Below are positions 49,806 to 64,000 of a stretch of 64,000 nt of DNA, one piece after another. The stretch is from Octopus sinensis (Eukaryota). The stretch covers positions 137,340 to 201,339 of the forward strand of contig NW_021836143.1 of assembly GCF_006345805.1 (NCBI RefSeq). The letters run 5' to 3'. The position numbers and the translations under genes are program-made. The stretch's first letter is position 1. Each line of letters opens with the position of its first letter. The notes under the pieces were generated by a model. The model was not told the DNA's origin. It did not search any database and saw nothing but the letters and a program-made list of their open reading frames with translations.

Positions 49806-52800
49806 TTATATATATATATATAGTTTGGACAAATGACTGAAATGCTTTTGCTTGTCCAGGACCGACCAAGGCTTAAATAACAGTACATGTGTAGCTGGCA
49901 AATTCATGTAATTAATACAGAATCCAATACCACAATTTGTGAGTAAAGTACATAACAAGTACGCAAGTAACTGTAGTGAAAGCAGTTAAGGAATCATCAA
50001 ATAAACCCAAATAACACTTGAATACTGAAAAAGAAAATATACATATAACAAAAAAAAAAAAATGAAGACCTCCTCCTCTTACCATGCAAATAACTTTGTA
50101 ACTAAATAACCTAAAAATAGAACACTGAAATCTTTACCCTTAAAAAAGTAGGCTGCACTTCTGATAATTTTATATTACTAGGGAGTCAAAAGGATGGTTA
50201 TGGTTATAAAGAGCAATTATTAGTGTTTTACACATTGAAGACAGGTAAGGCTGAAACAATGAATTGATTACTGAAAAGCCTTTGTAGTGTAACATTTGGA
50301 TATTTGATTCAAAATATCCTCCTGGATATTTATTTGATGCCGAAAAGAGAAACATCAAGAACTACAATGCAGAAAGATGACTAAATGAGAAGTTAAAAAT
50401 ACTACCAATGTACAAGAACTTTGAAATGAAAATAAACAAGATTTGAAATAATACTAGTTGTACTGACTGTAATGTAGAACATGAACCAAAACAAACACTG
50501 TACTATTCCCTAGAATTTCACATAATTAGTCTAATAAAAAAGCCACTAAACTGTCACACAACCTGCCAGGAATAGCAATTAAATCTCCCTCAAATCGTAC
50601 CCTACCACTTTGGAGAAAGGTGCATGAGCAGAGAAAGGTAAATGAACAAAGGAGTAGCAAATAAGTAGAGAATGCCCATTTGTTTGAGAGGACTGTTTAA
50701 TCTTGTATTGCTGAGGACAAGATAACCTCCCAAGTGCCGGTGCCATTATGAGATGCACCCAATACATTCTTTAAAGTGGCTGGTAATTGCAAAGACATCG
50801 AGCTGAAGAAATAGAGCCAAAATGAACTGTAGAAGGTGTGGTCCTCCAAACCATATACAAAACCAGCAGCGCCTACAAAGAACTGACCCCAACCCTGTTG
50901 AGCCATCACATAGTGGCACAGCAAGCAAGTCCCTGTTGAGCTCTCTCTATATAAATGTATTAAGCCTGTTAGAAAATAGAAATTTTGATAAAATGTGGTA
51001 GTCCAGCATAGAGACCATAAGAATATAACTATTGCACAAATTTGGATAAAATTTGCCGATGCTATATAATGATCATTGATATACATTGTGAATGTAGTTT
51101 TTCCTTGTTGTCATGACCTTTCCCTAACCAAGGTAGATAGAATATAGTTGACTGCACATAAGTTGATTTTTTTTCGCATATATTTATAAGATATCGATTC
51201 TTGGGAATTGATTTCCTAATTAAATCATAAATAAATAATGATGATTAAATCACTAATAAATGATATCACCAGCTTTTGACATCAAAACAACAACACTATT
51301 TGAACTGTGGTTTCAAGCACTTCAGGATTTGGCAATAGATGGGGATATCTATAGTGCAGAACTTTAACAGTTGATAATAATAATTTCCTCCCTTTCTTTC
51401 GCATTATTGCCTTATTTCCATTATAGATAGTTCTAAGCTCATACAATCGTTGCTTATGAATGCGCTTAAGATCTTTGCTAAAGGTGAAAAACAAACAAAT
51501 ACATCTCTTTAATTATGCATGTCTGAACTGAAGATTTAGGGAGAGAATTTGCTGTTAAAAGAAATATGCTACGTTGACAATGAAAAGGAATAAATCTGTA
51601 CTTAAAGACAAAATTCAATTAGCTTCAAAGAGAAATACAGTTTGTTCGAAGAGGATGTCTTACATACTATCATTGAGTTATAGACTTAAATCAAGGATTA
51701 AGAGGGAAAAGAAAAAAGAATATATATGTGAGTATATATATATATATGAATACATTTGTGTGTGAAGCAAGAAAAACTATTTTTTAAAAGTATACAATTC
51801 TTACATTCTTACAGATTCAATTACACCAGTTACAGTATGAAATATACTAAAACTATTACAAATTAGATAAAAGCAGAAATGCATTTTAGGCAGGACTATT
51901 AAACATATTTAAACTACACTATTATCCACAATCCAACTTGATATGTCTTTAAACAACTAGAAAATAAAGGGGCTGGGAGTAATGAATAGGAAATGAATGA
52001 AGAAATGTTTATCAGCATCATTGATTTATTGTCCACTCTTCCATGGAGTTTATTGAAGTACAATTTTCTACAGCTATATGTCATTCCAGTTGCCAAACCA
52101 TATCTATTTCTAAACAGTGTAATATTTTCCCACGGTCAAACATACCGGTCATAATGACATTCATTTACAAAAGTCATGTGATGTCAAGACAATACTATGC
52201 ACCCTCACATTTATGTACACACACACACATATATCTGATAGGCTTCTTTCAGTTTCTACCAACCAAAATTGATTTCATAAGGTTAGACAGAATTTGAAGA
52301 GGGAAAAGTTTTGAAGTTAATAAAATTCTACTGAATTTCAAGAAATTATCTCAAGTAATGTTTGTTGCCACTTTAACATGGCTGTTCTGTTCGAATGGAT
52401 ATTATTGCGATTTTTTAACCCTAAGAGGACATTTCCTCTAACTGGTTAATGATGCACACTTGCATCTGATATATTGCAAGCAGGGGAGTGAACCCTTACC
52501 ACCTTCTAATGACGGGACCAGTAATATTTCACTTTGGTAAAAAGTAACTCATATTGATCAACAGTGGAATATCTGATATACTCTGAAATAGAGGTGTCTA
52601 AATTGTCCTTTAGAGAGAAACAAAAACATTATAGGTCTCGTCACTAGGACACAAAACCAATTTTCTAGAAACAGAAATACATATTAATTAAGAAGATTAC
52701 TATAAATTTTTCTATTACATATGATTTCCAATCTATTTTATATATTTGTGTTTAAATGTCCTTGCTATATTCTAATGTTAATATAGATAAGAAAAAAACG

Positions 52801-53809
52801 TTATAATCTTCCAGCAATTCCTGGCAAAAGTAAATTCTCTTAGTTGTTGTAAGCCACTTTGTGATTCTACATCAAATCATATGGACATTCCCCTATCACT
52901 TCTTCATCTACTATGAAATATCTATATAATATGAAATTAAACCCAGGGAAAAAAATATGGAAAGAGATATGTTTAAAAAATATGACACAGTAATAGATCA
53001 AATTTCAAAGATAAAACAAAATTAATATAACATTTCAACAGGGGAAAAAAGAAGTTAAATCTGCAAGTACACCAAACAGAAAATGTGAAAAGTATGTTTA
53101 ATTTGTCTGTTTCAAATTATTTCTTGTCTAAAATATAATTTTAAAAAAGGAGAAAAAAAGTTTCATTGAATATTATATTGCAACTATAATTTTTCTATCT
53201 TTTCTATTTATTCTGTTTCACTTTATCCTTGATAGAAGAACAGGTCATATTTTCTAAGAAAGGTAACACATCTGAACCTATTGTCTATTAGCCAATGACT
53301 TCCACACCAAACACATCTACTGGAGTGGAAACTATACATTAATAATACACACATGCACAAGCTTCAGATTGTTTACTTCAATAACCAACCATCAGCATGG
53401 GCTCCCCTAGTTCATTGGCAATGTTACATCTTATTTAGAAAAAGCAACATTGTTGGTCTTCACATAAGCGATAATGAGATGGAAAAATTTCTCAAAGATG
53501 TTTTGTGCATAAAAAACTCAAAGAAGGGAGTACTAATACAATGTAATGATAAAAAAAAAAGGAATTAAAATGACACCATTATGAAAAGAGAAACTATCAA
53601 TGTTAAGAATGAATTGTCAAAGGCAAGGGAGATCATTCTGAATAAAAATCTTACAACTTGCACAAATTTCTTTTAACAAAGACTGTGTGCAAAACATTGA
53701 TTGCTACTTCATATCAAATCAGACCAATGTACACTTAGTCTTTTTAAATTCTTATATAATTCATGTTGACCGTCTTGTCTTGCCAACCAATTGTAGATGT
53801 GATCCTACT

Positions 53810-54072
53810 TTGACTGGCTTCTGTGCCGGTGGCACGTAAAAAGCACCAACCGATCATGGCCGCTGCCAGCCTCCCCTGGCACCTGTGCCGGTGGCATGTA
53901 AAAAGCACCCACTACACTCACGGAGTGGTTGGCGTTAGGAAGGGCATCCAGCTGTAGAAACACTGCCAGATCAGACTGGAGCCTGGTGCAGCCCCTTGGC
54001 TTCCCAGACCCAGGTTGAACCATCCAGCCATGCTAGCATGGAAAACGGACATTAAACAATGATGATGATGAT
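53810..54072 (+). mobile_element. Family C element, other subfamily
   Basis: Same tail; ctggtgcagcccc variant. Confidence 0.85.
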
Positions 54073-55260
54073 TTGTCCACTTGTCACTAATTTGCACACG
54101 TGTAGACAAGAAGGTTTCAATCAGTCAATATCAACTATAATTCTGCACATGTGTGTGCTGGCCTTGGTAAGGAATTTTGAGGAAAACTAAAAGTTATCTA
54201 TGCATGCAAGTCACCTCTTTCTTTCCATGTCACTGACTTTTATCCAGTAGAAAGACTGTATCAGAAAGTCTTGTGATTAAGTATATCTACCCAAGTCAGC
54301 TGATATTTTGACACCAGTGTTGTTGCAGGTGTTGCTGTAAGAATTCAAAGAGCTGGAATAGTTACTGCAAGACATTTTGATTGATATTCTAACATCTTCA
54401 ACAGTCCTTCACCCTGAATTGGTGAAAGGCAAAGTTGCATCTCAGCAGGATTTCAACTCAGAGCAATGACAGCTGGAACAAACACTGCAAGGCATTTCTA
54501 TTCAAAGCTCTAATGACTCTGCCAATTAGCTACCTTTTGTCAACAAGTAGAGACAAATAAAATCAGTCTTACATATATATATAATGACATATTAGCATAT
54601 GTAGCTTTACATACATATGCAAGATTTAGGAATATTTTTTTCATGTTCAAGAAAATCCTTAACAAATATTGTGTGTGTGTCTTTATACACCCAGATATAT
54701 CTATTGGAGTAAGATATGGGAATTATATGAGAGAAACAGGACCAACCCAAATGCAATTAGAACAATCAGAGAAAGCAAGTTTTAACATCAGTCAACTTTT
54801 AATGATAAAATATCTACAATGAAATATTAGAAACAACTAAATTAAAAATGGAATTATAAGAATTAGTGAAAAGACTATTATTAGATGTGACTTTAAATAC
54901 TACTTTCCTGCTGGTAAGATTGATAACAAAATAATATCAGTAATAAACTACAATTGGAGACAAAAAAAAAATCAGAAAAGTAGTTGTGAACATAATATTT
55001 GGCTTGAATAATGTAGGTTAATTTGTCCAAGTATTATAATGTCACACAGGCATGTGACACTAAAAATCCTCATAATCAGTAAAAATCAGCAATGACATTG
55101 ATGTATATTTATACTCTTAAAAATGTTAAGAAAGAACAAAAAGGCAACAAGATTCAATCCTTAGAATCAGTGAAATAGAGAGCCTTACTTCTAAATAAGT
55201 GAGAAAATTCTCAGGTGACCTAAGGCCAGGGCCTAATTTTACAGCACAATTAAATACATA

Positions 55261-55683
55261 TAGGCGCAGGAGTGGCTGTGTGGTAAGTAGCTTGCTAACC
55301 AACCACATGGTTCCGGGTTCAGTCCCACTGTGTAGCATCTTGGGCAAGTGTCTTCTGCTATAGCCCCGGGCCGACCAATGCCTTGTGAGTGGATTCGGTA
55401 GACGGAAACTGAAAGAAGCCCGTCGTATATATGTATATATATATATGTGTATGTGTGTTTGTTTGTGTGTCTGTGTTTGCCCCCCTAGCATTGCTTGACA
55501 ACCGATGCTGGTGTGTTTATGTCCCCGTTACTTAGCGGTTCGGCAAAAGAGACCGATAGAATAAGTACTGGGCTTACAAAAAGAATAAGTCCGGGGTCGA
55601 GTTGCTCGATTAAAGGCGGTGCTCCAGCATGGCCACAGTCAAATGACTGAAACAAGTAAAAGAGTAAAAGAGAGTAAAGAGTA
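55261..55683 (+). mobile_element. SINE family A, full length
   Basis: Complete head, body and (GAGTAAAA)n tail. Confidence 0.92.
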
Positions 55684-58600
55684 TATGAACATGACTCATA
55701 TTGTATTGGCACTCAAGTTATTAATACCAGTCCCGTCCTTCCAAATGCAACAGGATTTAATTCAAGTTATCACTTAATTTGCTCAAAATAGAGGCCAAAT
55801 CTCTTTTAAACATACCCTACAAAGAAAAGTGGAAGGATGCATTAGATAATGTGGTTTTAGCCCTGGATGAAAGACTAGGTAGTCAGGGTTGAAATATTTT
55901 TGATCATAAGCCTATCAGACAAAACTGACCTGGGCTAAAGAATAACATTAAAAACCTTTTATCACATTATTGCTTTTTGTTCAAAACTATAAGAGGAAGC
56001 AAGAAAAATCTAGCAGAGCTTGTAGAACAATACATATGGAATGTCATAAGATAACAATAAGAATGATAAACAGAGTTTTACATAGAAAGACATAGATACA
56101 GAGGTCCCAATTCTGGGGAATGTGAAACTGAAAAGATTTAGGTTTCTTGAAGAGTCTTTAATGTCGAAGAAAGTTCATAATCATATGGTAGACCATCTAC
56201 AGAATAAAGTACTCCTTAAAGATGAAAATACTCTCAAGAAAGGATTTAAAAATAAAGCAAGCTAAATGATAAATAATTCTATACTAGATGCTATTATTCC
56301 AACATAGTTTTAATAAAGAACTAAAAACACAACCATTTTTATAACTACACAACCCAGTCCAGAAAGTTAGATCTAGTTATGATTCTAATAAAACAATTAG
56401 CTGATTCTACAAATGGTATTGATGATGAAAAGGATAGAGTAGTATAACTGTGTGTAGAATAAATAAATCTCTAGAAAATACAAAAAGAAAAATCAGTACA
56501 GATTAACATCCATTACCAAATGTTAAGACATAAACTATAATCTCAATTGTTTCTCTAGTTTATAGCAATGAAAAATGTTGTTTCATTTGTTATAATGAAA
56601 ACAACAGCAGAAAGAAAAATAACAAAGGTAAATTATTTTATAAGTGTAAAAATTTCATTATTAGCTTTTCCTTAATTTGTGATTTTTCAAAATTCCCATT
56701 GAAAGAGAAACTAAACATAGAAATATCTTTCACCAAACTGAATGTAATCCCTTGGGTTGATAATGCCCATAAATTTATAAAGTGAAACAATATTGACTAA
56801 ACTTTATATGCAACCTTATACACTTTATGATGCCAATATAATAAGAAAGTTAGAGGAAGAAGATATAGTTTTAGTCATGAGTAAACCAATTTAGAATTTC
56901 TGTAACAAACATGTTACTGGAACTTAGACAGTAACATTACCAGCACTCAGAAATAAAACTACTTTAGTTTTAAACAGATACACGTTTTACTTTCTTTTGA
57001 GGAATTTCCTTCAAATTATTAGTATTTAAGAGCAAAATGGAGATGTTAAAATTGTGTCTCAGATGTCTACTATGTCTGGAAAATACTCTGATCTATAACA
57101 AAGAGATCTCAGCTAAACCCAATCCAATTTTATCTTTAGAAAGTGATGAAATAAAATGTGTGTATGTGTGTGTATGTGCTTATGTACAGGTGTTATTGTG
57201 TGAGAATATTTGTGAGTATGTAAAAATGCATTGTCTAAGAATTACTCCTTTCTTTTGGCCCTAACACAAGAGAGTTTAAGAAACAAATGACTGATGAAGT
57301 TTTACCATTTCTGCAGAGGGAACAGTGCTGCTCTACATTGAAGAACAGATGGTATACCAACATAAAGGTAAAAATAAATATTAGTGAATTCTTTACAGTG
57401 ACCTTGGGTTGTCTAACATATTTATTAAGAAATAAAGAATAAACAGCAACACCATTCAATTCCAGTATAGCCTTATTGAAATGAAGGCTTTTATAAAGAA
57501 AAAGAAATTGAATATTTCACAGAAGTTCTGCTAATTGATAAGATGCAAAAAAAAAAAAAAATTTGTTTCACTTAGTTATGTAAAATAAACTTTCATTAGC
57601 AAATTTTGCAAGTAAACAGTTTGGTAAAATAGTCAATCAGCACTAGATTCATTCTTTGCTAGTATTTTCAATTTGGTGTCCAATATAATTCAGTGAGACT
57701 GATCTTAAGTTAAGTAGTGGTGCTAACATAAAAACTTCATTTTGACAGATATTGAAAATGTTTGTTTGCTGCTTATGAAATCATGAGGTCAAAAGTAAGA
57801 TTAAGAAAGAGATTCTAAAGTAGTCAATATACTGCAGTTTGGTGTAGAAGCAAAATGTATTTACTGACATTTAGCTAATCCTGCTTTATTATTGGGCATA
57901 GGATTAAGAAAAGGTACTTGGCTGCACCTGCAACTGAATATAAAGATGGCTTGGATACTTTAGTGAAACACTTATCTTTACATCACCATTCATAGTGCTC
58001 AAGAAATTTCATTTTACAAAGATAAGAAGGTTAAATGTTGAACAATTTCCAAAATTTTCTCTTTAATCCATGCAAAAGTCAACACTTTGACTAAATCAAA
58101 TTTGAATAGTAATCATAACCACTACTACCATCATTTTTGTGCTAATCTTGCCATTCTAGTTTTACATAGACAAAGCTGTACATACAGCATATCACCACAC
58201 ATAATATTGTTATTTTATCTGTGAAGAGCAATACCTACAGATCTGACCACACTACTTTTTCCCATGTTTACATTAACTTTATAGTACTGAGCACTTTTTT
58301 AACTCACTACTTATCTCACTACATACAGTCACTCTTTTGCACAAAGAGTAAAATTCATTATTATTGTTGCTGTTGTTAAGTCCTCTAGGTCAACCATTAT
58401 CTAGCAGGCCAATGATCATTAGCATTAGCATTCCAACTCTGGCTGTTCCAGGTGGGTTTTTTTTTTTGGACATAATGTATCCAGGACTACACTATCTAAT
58501 GTATCTTTCTATTTTTAAGGGGTTAGTGCATGATTTGAGAGGGATTTGGTTTTTTTTTTTGCAGGTTGAGCAACAGCCTATTAAGTCTTTTTGCTAATAG

Positions 58601-59339
58601 AACTAAATGTGACTACTTATTCACTAAATTCTCTATGCCAGTATTAATTATGCACTTCTGATAAATAAGAGAAGCTACCTTCAGATAATATACTAACAAA
58701 AAATAATTACATTGTTTAAAAACATTCACAACAATAAGGATGAAAATAAGCACAAATTATGTTGTGGCCATGGTTTTGAAAGCAAAGCAGAATATTACTG
58801 TGAATATAATAAAACAAAAATCTAATAATTTGAATCTAACAAATGCACACAAACTATGTTTTGTTTTGGTTAGCTATGGTTTTTTAAAAGCAAAGGTGAG
58901 TGTCATTGTGAATGTAATAAAACAAATCCAAGAAAAAACTATAATAAATTCACTTCTTTGATTAGAACAAAAATTGATGACTGGTTCTAATTCTTTAAAG
59001 TTGAAATATTCATTGTGAACAAATTTCATAATGCTACTGATGCAGTTCAGTTGTTTCCAAAATCATTGTTTTGAACACATATGCAGGTTATATTATCCCA
59101 CTTTTTTATTTTCTTTCTGTCCATCTATTTATTTTAAATGCTGGGTCTAGAGGAAGAAGCAGAGCCTATTTCCTTCACAACTCTTCAAGACCAATGAAAC
59201 TGGTGCTGTTTATATTTTACCAAGAAAGAGGGCTTAATGTAGGACACAAAATTGATGAGATGGGGATATGCAAATGGATTTAAAGTTCTTAGCACATCTG
59301 TAGAGTGTAATGCTAAGTGAATTCATACAAAAACCATCA

Positions 59340-59500
59340 AATATCTTTTCTCTGGACACAGTCTAGGATGTGTGTGCATGTAGCAGCAGTACAATTCCAA
59401 ATATTGGAACAATACTCCATTGTGAGTCTTGCTTGAACTTTGTAGAAGGTTAGTAGTTGTTAGTGGTGGAGAAATGTTCTGAGATTTTGATCATGGACAA
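59340..59500 (-). mobile_element. CR1/L2/Jockey-group RT C-terminal remnant
   Basis: MEYCSNIW..AA...ILDCVQRK (frameshifted). Confidence 0.55.
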
Positions 59501-61605
59501 GAGAGGATCAAGTTGCTGCCAGTGGATGATGTTTGGAGGTAGCAGATTGATGCACATTTTGAAACAGCACAAAGCTGTTCACCAACGCACTTAAACATCT
59601 CACCCAGAGGCCTTCTACATCATCTCTCTGCCTTTATAATGCTATTACAGTAACCTTGGTTGGTCTTGAGTCACCTCTACACAGAACTCTGAACATTTTC
59701 ATCTCTCCTGATCTCATTACTCACCCCATATTATATTGTGTCCCACACCTTGGCTCTATCATAACCACTTTTACTGAATGTTGTTCATTAAGAATTCCTT
59801 CCTTGCACATATTTCTTACACAAAATGTAAACTGGATCAATTTTACAATCTTAGAGACTCTGAAAAGGCTATGGGCAAGGCTCCATACTTCAATTTTCTA
59901 CTCCTACAAAAGAAATTACTTGACAACGGGTAAAATATTGACTTACAATATTCTTATTATGTTGATTGCAGAACTAATTAAGTCAGATTAACAAAAGATA
60001 AATTACATAAAAATATATATAAGAAAGAAAAAGGAATATTATAATATTTTTATCGTTGGATCATTACCAGTGCATTGAAATATGGTGTTTAGCCATACAT
60101 GCCACAGACTGAGCAGAAAACTTACTCACAACCTCATGCAATCTAGTTTGTAGAATTCTCATGTCCAGTCACAATTTGTGAGTGAGAGATAGTGTGCAAA
60201 ACTAATTCTGTAGTTGTAAGGAGTAGGTGTTAAAAATTTTCTTGCATGAAACAAAGCAATGCAAGGTGAAAGGGAGGTTTTTTTTACAGTTCAGTGATTT
60301 TTTAAATTTTTTTTATTCAGTGTACTAGAAATGCAAGAGAGAGATGAAAACAAATGTTTGGTTTCAATTTCGTGAGATCCTTTGCTAACAGAAATGTAAG
60401 GTTACAAAACAGACTATCATCTGAAACAAAGGAAAGCAAGAAATTGTGGCCAAAGAATTCAAGTGTGCACAAGGAGAAACAAGATGAAACAAAATATTGG
60501 CAAGATGTAGTAGAAAGACAAAAAGAAAAAACAAATCAACGATCAGATATACAAATAGCTACTGCTTTTGCTATCACATAAATAAAGATGCCTGATATGC
60601 CTGACTGAGAAATACATCATCACACAGACTTTCTGAGGTGTGGATAAAATAACAAAAAGTAGTCAAAGTGTTCAATACTGAAACTTCAGCCTGTCACTAC
60701 ACCAAGTTTCCTCATTTCAATCAAATTCAACAAATCTACTGCTTGAAGATTCTAGTTTTCTAGTATTTCAAGGTTTTGTTCATATATATATGAATGTATG
60801 TTTGTGTATGCATATGTTGTTGGGACGCACATTGAAAGGACAAAGTAAGTCCAAATTGTAAAGATGTTTGCTATAGAAATATAAGATCCTGAGTTTTACA
60901 AAACTGTGCAGTACCTGTGGCAAGTATTTACAATGATAGAACCAGGACAACTCAGCCTTGAGTAAAATTGGGTGTGTCAGGATTGTGTAGAAATTTGTAA
61001 ACTGTAAATCAAGCAGTCAAACTGATCATACATTAAGTCATGATGATTATGGTTAAAATTTACTAAGACAACTGCCTGTCTACTAGTTAGGTACTTAGAT
61101 TATATATCAATTAGTAGATTGTTTTATTGATTGTTATACATGTATAATCATTGCCAACAGAAGATCAATTTACTTATTACTATGGCATGATTGTTTGCAT
61201 GTGCACGTGTGCGTGTGTTGGGTTTACAGAATTGTTAGAATGTTTTTTCTGACTCATATCATGCTGAGCTCAAATCCTGTAGAAGTCATCCTAACCTGTC
61301 ATCTTTTCAATACTGACAAAACCATATCAGTCCCAGTGGTGATTAGTGGAACAGATAGAGTGTCAAACAGAATTTTTAGTGGTAACTGTTCTGGTTCTTT
61401 GCATTCTGATTGCAATACCTGCAACAACACTAGTAGCAAGCTTTATTGACCTTGACTTACACTTGGAATAAGATTAGCGGCATGGGGAGGAGAAATTCTC
61501 TATCATCTACAATATATCTTGCTCAGGTTTGAATATGGTCAGAGATATATTGCCAACCACTAACTGACAGGGGCTTTATATATGTATGTATGTATGTATG
61601 TATAA

Positions 61606-61985
61606 TAGGCACAGGTGTGGCTGTGTGATAAAAAACTTGCTTTTCAAACACATAGCTCCAGGTTCAATCCCACTGTGTGGCACCTTGGGTGTCATCTACT
61701 ATAGCCTCAAGATGACCAAAGCCTTGTGAGTAGATTTGGTAGATGGAAACTAGTGAAAACTTGTGTGTGTGTGTATGTGTGTGTGTGTGCGTATTTGTCC
61801 CTCCATCACTGCTTGACAACTGGTGTCGGTGTATTTATATCCGCTTAACTTAGCAGTTTGGCAAAAGAATAAGTACTAGGCTTAAAAAAATAAGTTCTTG
61901 GGTCGATTTGTTGGATTACAGTCCTTGAAGGCTTGGCTCCAGCAAGGCCACAGGCCAATGACTGAAACAAATAAAATATATAAAG
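61606..61985 (+). mobile_element. SINE family A, old diverged copy
   Basis: Colinear with the younger copies but heavily substituted. Confidence 0.8.
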
Positions 61986-62419
61986 TCAATGCAGCTAAAA
62001 CGTTTACAACAGTCATGGCATTCGAAGCCTACAGGTGTTACAACTTTAGTAAGTTTTCTTCTTTATTTTAAAGCCCACTTTTCCAGTCTTGCATTGGTCA
62101 CACAGAATCCATTGGGGCAGATTTTCTACAGCTAAATACCTTTCCTGTCACTGAAACTTGCTGGTTTCAGTCAAACTAATATTTTCCCTTGTTGTCATAG
62201 AAGAATGAAAATGAATGATGTCTGAAGGTGAAGTTCATTTACAACAATTGCATGCTACAGTACTGTGTTGACTGAGATCTCTATTGGCAGATCACTAGTA
62301 TGTATAGTAGCTATTTCATTTTACTCTATTTTTGACATGTGTGTGTGTGTGTGTGTGTATATCTTTGTTGCCTGAATGAACATGCATAAGCAAGAACTTG
62401 GAGGGCAAACTAATCTGCA

Positions 62420-62454
<35 letters not shown>

Positions 62455-62475
62455 TGTGTGAGTGTATGTGTGTGA

Positions 62476-62506
<31 letters not shown>

Positions 62507-62610
62507 TGTGAAGATGTTTGGTATTGTCCCATTTTCATATCACACACACACACACACATACACGCGTGCACACACACACACATACACACACACACACACA
62601 CACAAACATA
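62420..62610. repeat. (TG)n/(GA)n/(CA)n compound microsatellite
   Basis: Direct reading. Confidence 0.95.
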
Positions 62611-62982
62611 CACTCATACAGAAAGTGAGAGAGAAAGAAAGAAAGAATAAGGAGGGAAGGAGAATGTACATGCATTATGATTGGACTACAGAATACTGAA
62701 AGTACATCATACAAGCTTGCAGTGAAATATGTACCATCTATTATATAAACATTTCCATGTTCATGAATATGATATACATGGTTATTTCAAAATATGATAT
62801 CATGAGGTTTGCAGATTTGAACTAGAGTCACCCAACAATGAGTTGCAAATTCAGAAGCACTATATTTGTTATTTATTTTTTCCGCAGCATCTTTGGGTTT
62901 TCTTTTCCTGCTGCCTTCAGTCATTGAGATAACACTATGTTATACCTTCAAGGGTACATCTTAGTACCTTTATTTAGTATTC

Positions 62983-63382
62983 ACTAGCAGTATCGCCCGG
63001 CGTTGCTTGGGTTTGTAAGGGAAATAACTATATAAGCATCTTTAGAGAGTTATAGCCAAAAAATAGCAAAAAAATGCATTAAAAATGAAAAAAAAATTAT
63101 TGTAAATTTTTTTTAAATCGTTGACTCATCGTAGACATTTTTAGAGAGTTACTTCCCTTATATAATAGCGAAAAGAATGCATTAAAATGGAAAAAAATGA
63201 TGGTAATTTTTTTTTTAAATCGTAGACTCATCATAGATGCGCGCTAATACCCAGAAGGGCTCGATATGAATCACGACTATAAGATACCCGGTTTTGGTTA
63301 AACTGCACCGCAAAATGTGGGAGTAGTTAGGAATCTAAATCGTAGGAGACAGACACACAACTTGGCTTTTATATATAAAGAT
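62983..63382 (+). mobile_element. Second HINE-like copy
   Basis: Near-identical to 4734-5129 end to end. Confidence 0.6.
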
Positions 63383-64000
63383 TACAATAGTTGTTACATG
63401 TTTCTTGATCTTAGGATGAAATGAACAATGATCTTAAGTGGGGTTTGAATTCAGAATGCAACTAAATACAACTATCTATTTTGTTTAATACTCAACAGAT
63501 TCTAACATCCATCCACCATGAGAAAAAAAAAAAAATCTAATTGCATAAAATATCAAAAAAAGTACAAATGAAATGATATTGGATTGATATACACAGTGGA
63601 CATTAGAAATTCAGCTAATATTTTAACACAAAGAAAAAAAATGTGCAAGTCAGATGGTAATATTATTAACACTACAATAATAATAATAATAATTATGATT
63701 ATTAGTATTATTACTATTGTTATTGTTTTCGATATGTGCTTAATACATAGCTAGTAAACCTCCATTCCCATATAAAGAAATGATAGGTTATTGTTTTCTT
63801 GAAAATTGCTCTGAAAGAAGTAAAAAAAAATATATAGCTCTCATCACTTTTGCCATCTGCCACAAACAGATATGATTTGCATTAAATGGTTGAAAAGACA
63901 GAATATTATTTTCATATATATTATTAATTACACAAACCTCTTCATCAATATATTATTCTGCAATCATATTTGCTTACTTTAAGTTTGTGGGTGTTCAGGT

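Noticed and set aside
50697-51086. 129-aa hydrophobic ORF
   Set aside because: Overlaps an old family C-like repeat and has no splice or domain support.
52470-52530. EGGKGSLPC on the minus strand as the missing upstream Ig exon
   Set aside because: No suitable acceptor or in-frame donor after the Cys, and stops nearby.

Overview
AT-rich eukaryotic genomic DNA, packed with microsatellites and transposable elements. The SINE repertoire points to an octopod cephalopod (Octopus sp.; inferred, not verified). Only one host coding exon is supported: 47414-47618 on the minus strand, with AG/GT boundaries and phase 0/1. It encodes most of an Ig domain of a Lachesin/DIP/IgLON-like neural adhesion protein, so the rest of the window is probably very large introns. 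Repeat content: (i) several tRNA-headed SINE families with interchangeable tails; (ii) an RTE-tailed SINE with internal subrepeats; (iii) decayed RTE, CR1-like and R4/Dong-like (RLE) LINE fragments, the last sitting in (TAA)n; (iv) two HINE/Helentron-like elements; (v) a piggyBac-like MITE; (vi) a tRNA-Arg half-pseudogene. The strongest finding is that three, possibly four, unrelated short elements each carry a minimal type-I hammerhead ribozyme fold with a palindromic stem III (ACGT, ACTAGT, ATAT, possibly ACAATTGT). Several lie in head-to-head fold-back hairpins, as expected of Penelope-like/retrozyme elements, and one (6014-6048) has an intact catalytic core on the gene's sense strand. Also noted: SINE insertion sites that match the SINE's own tail, apparent locally templated insertions, and long inverted repeats that could form dsRNA substrates for ADAR. 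Almost all ORFs in the supplied track are microsatellite or SINE artefacts. All alignments and counts were done by eye.
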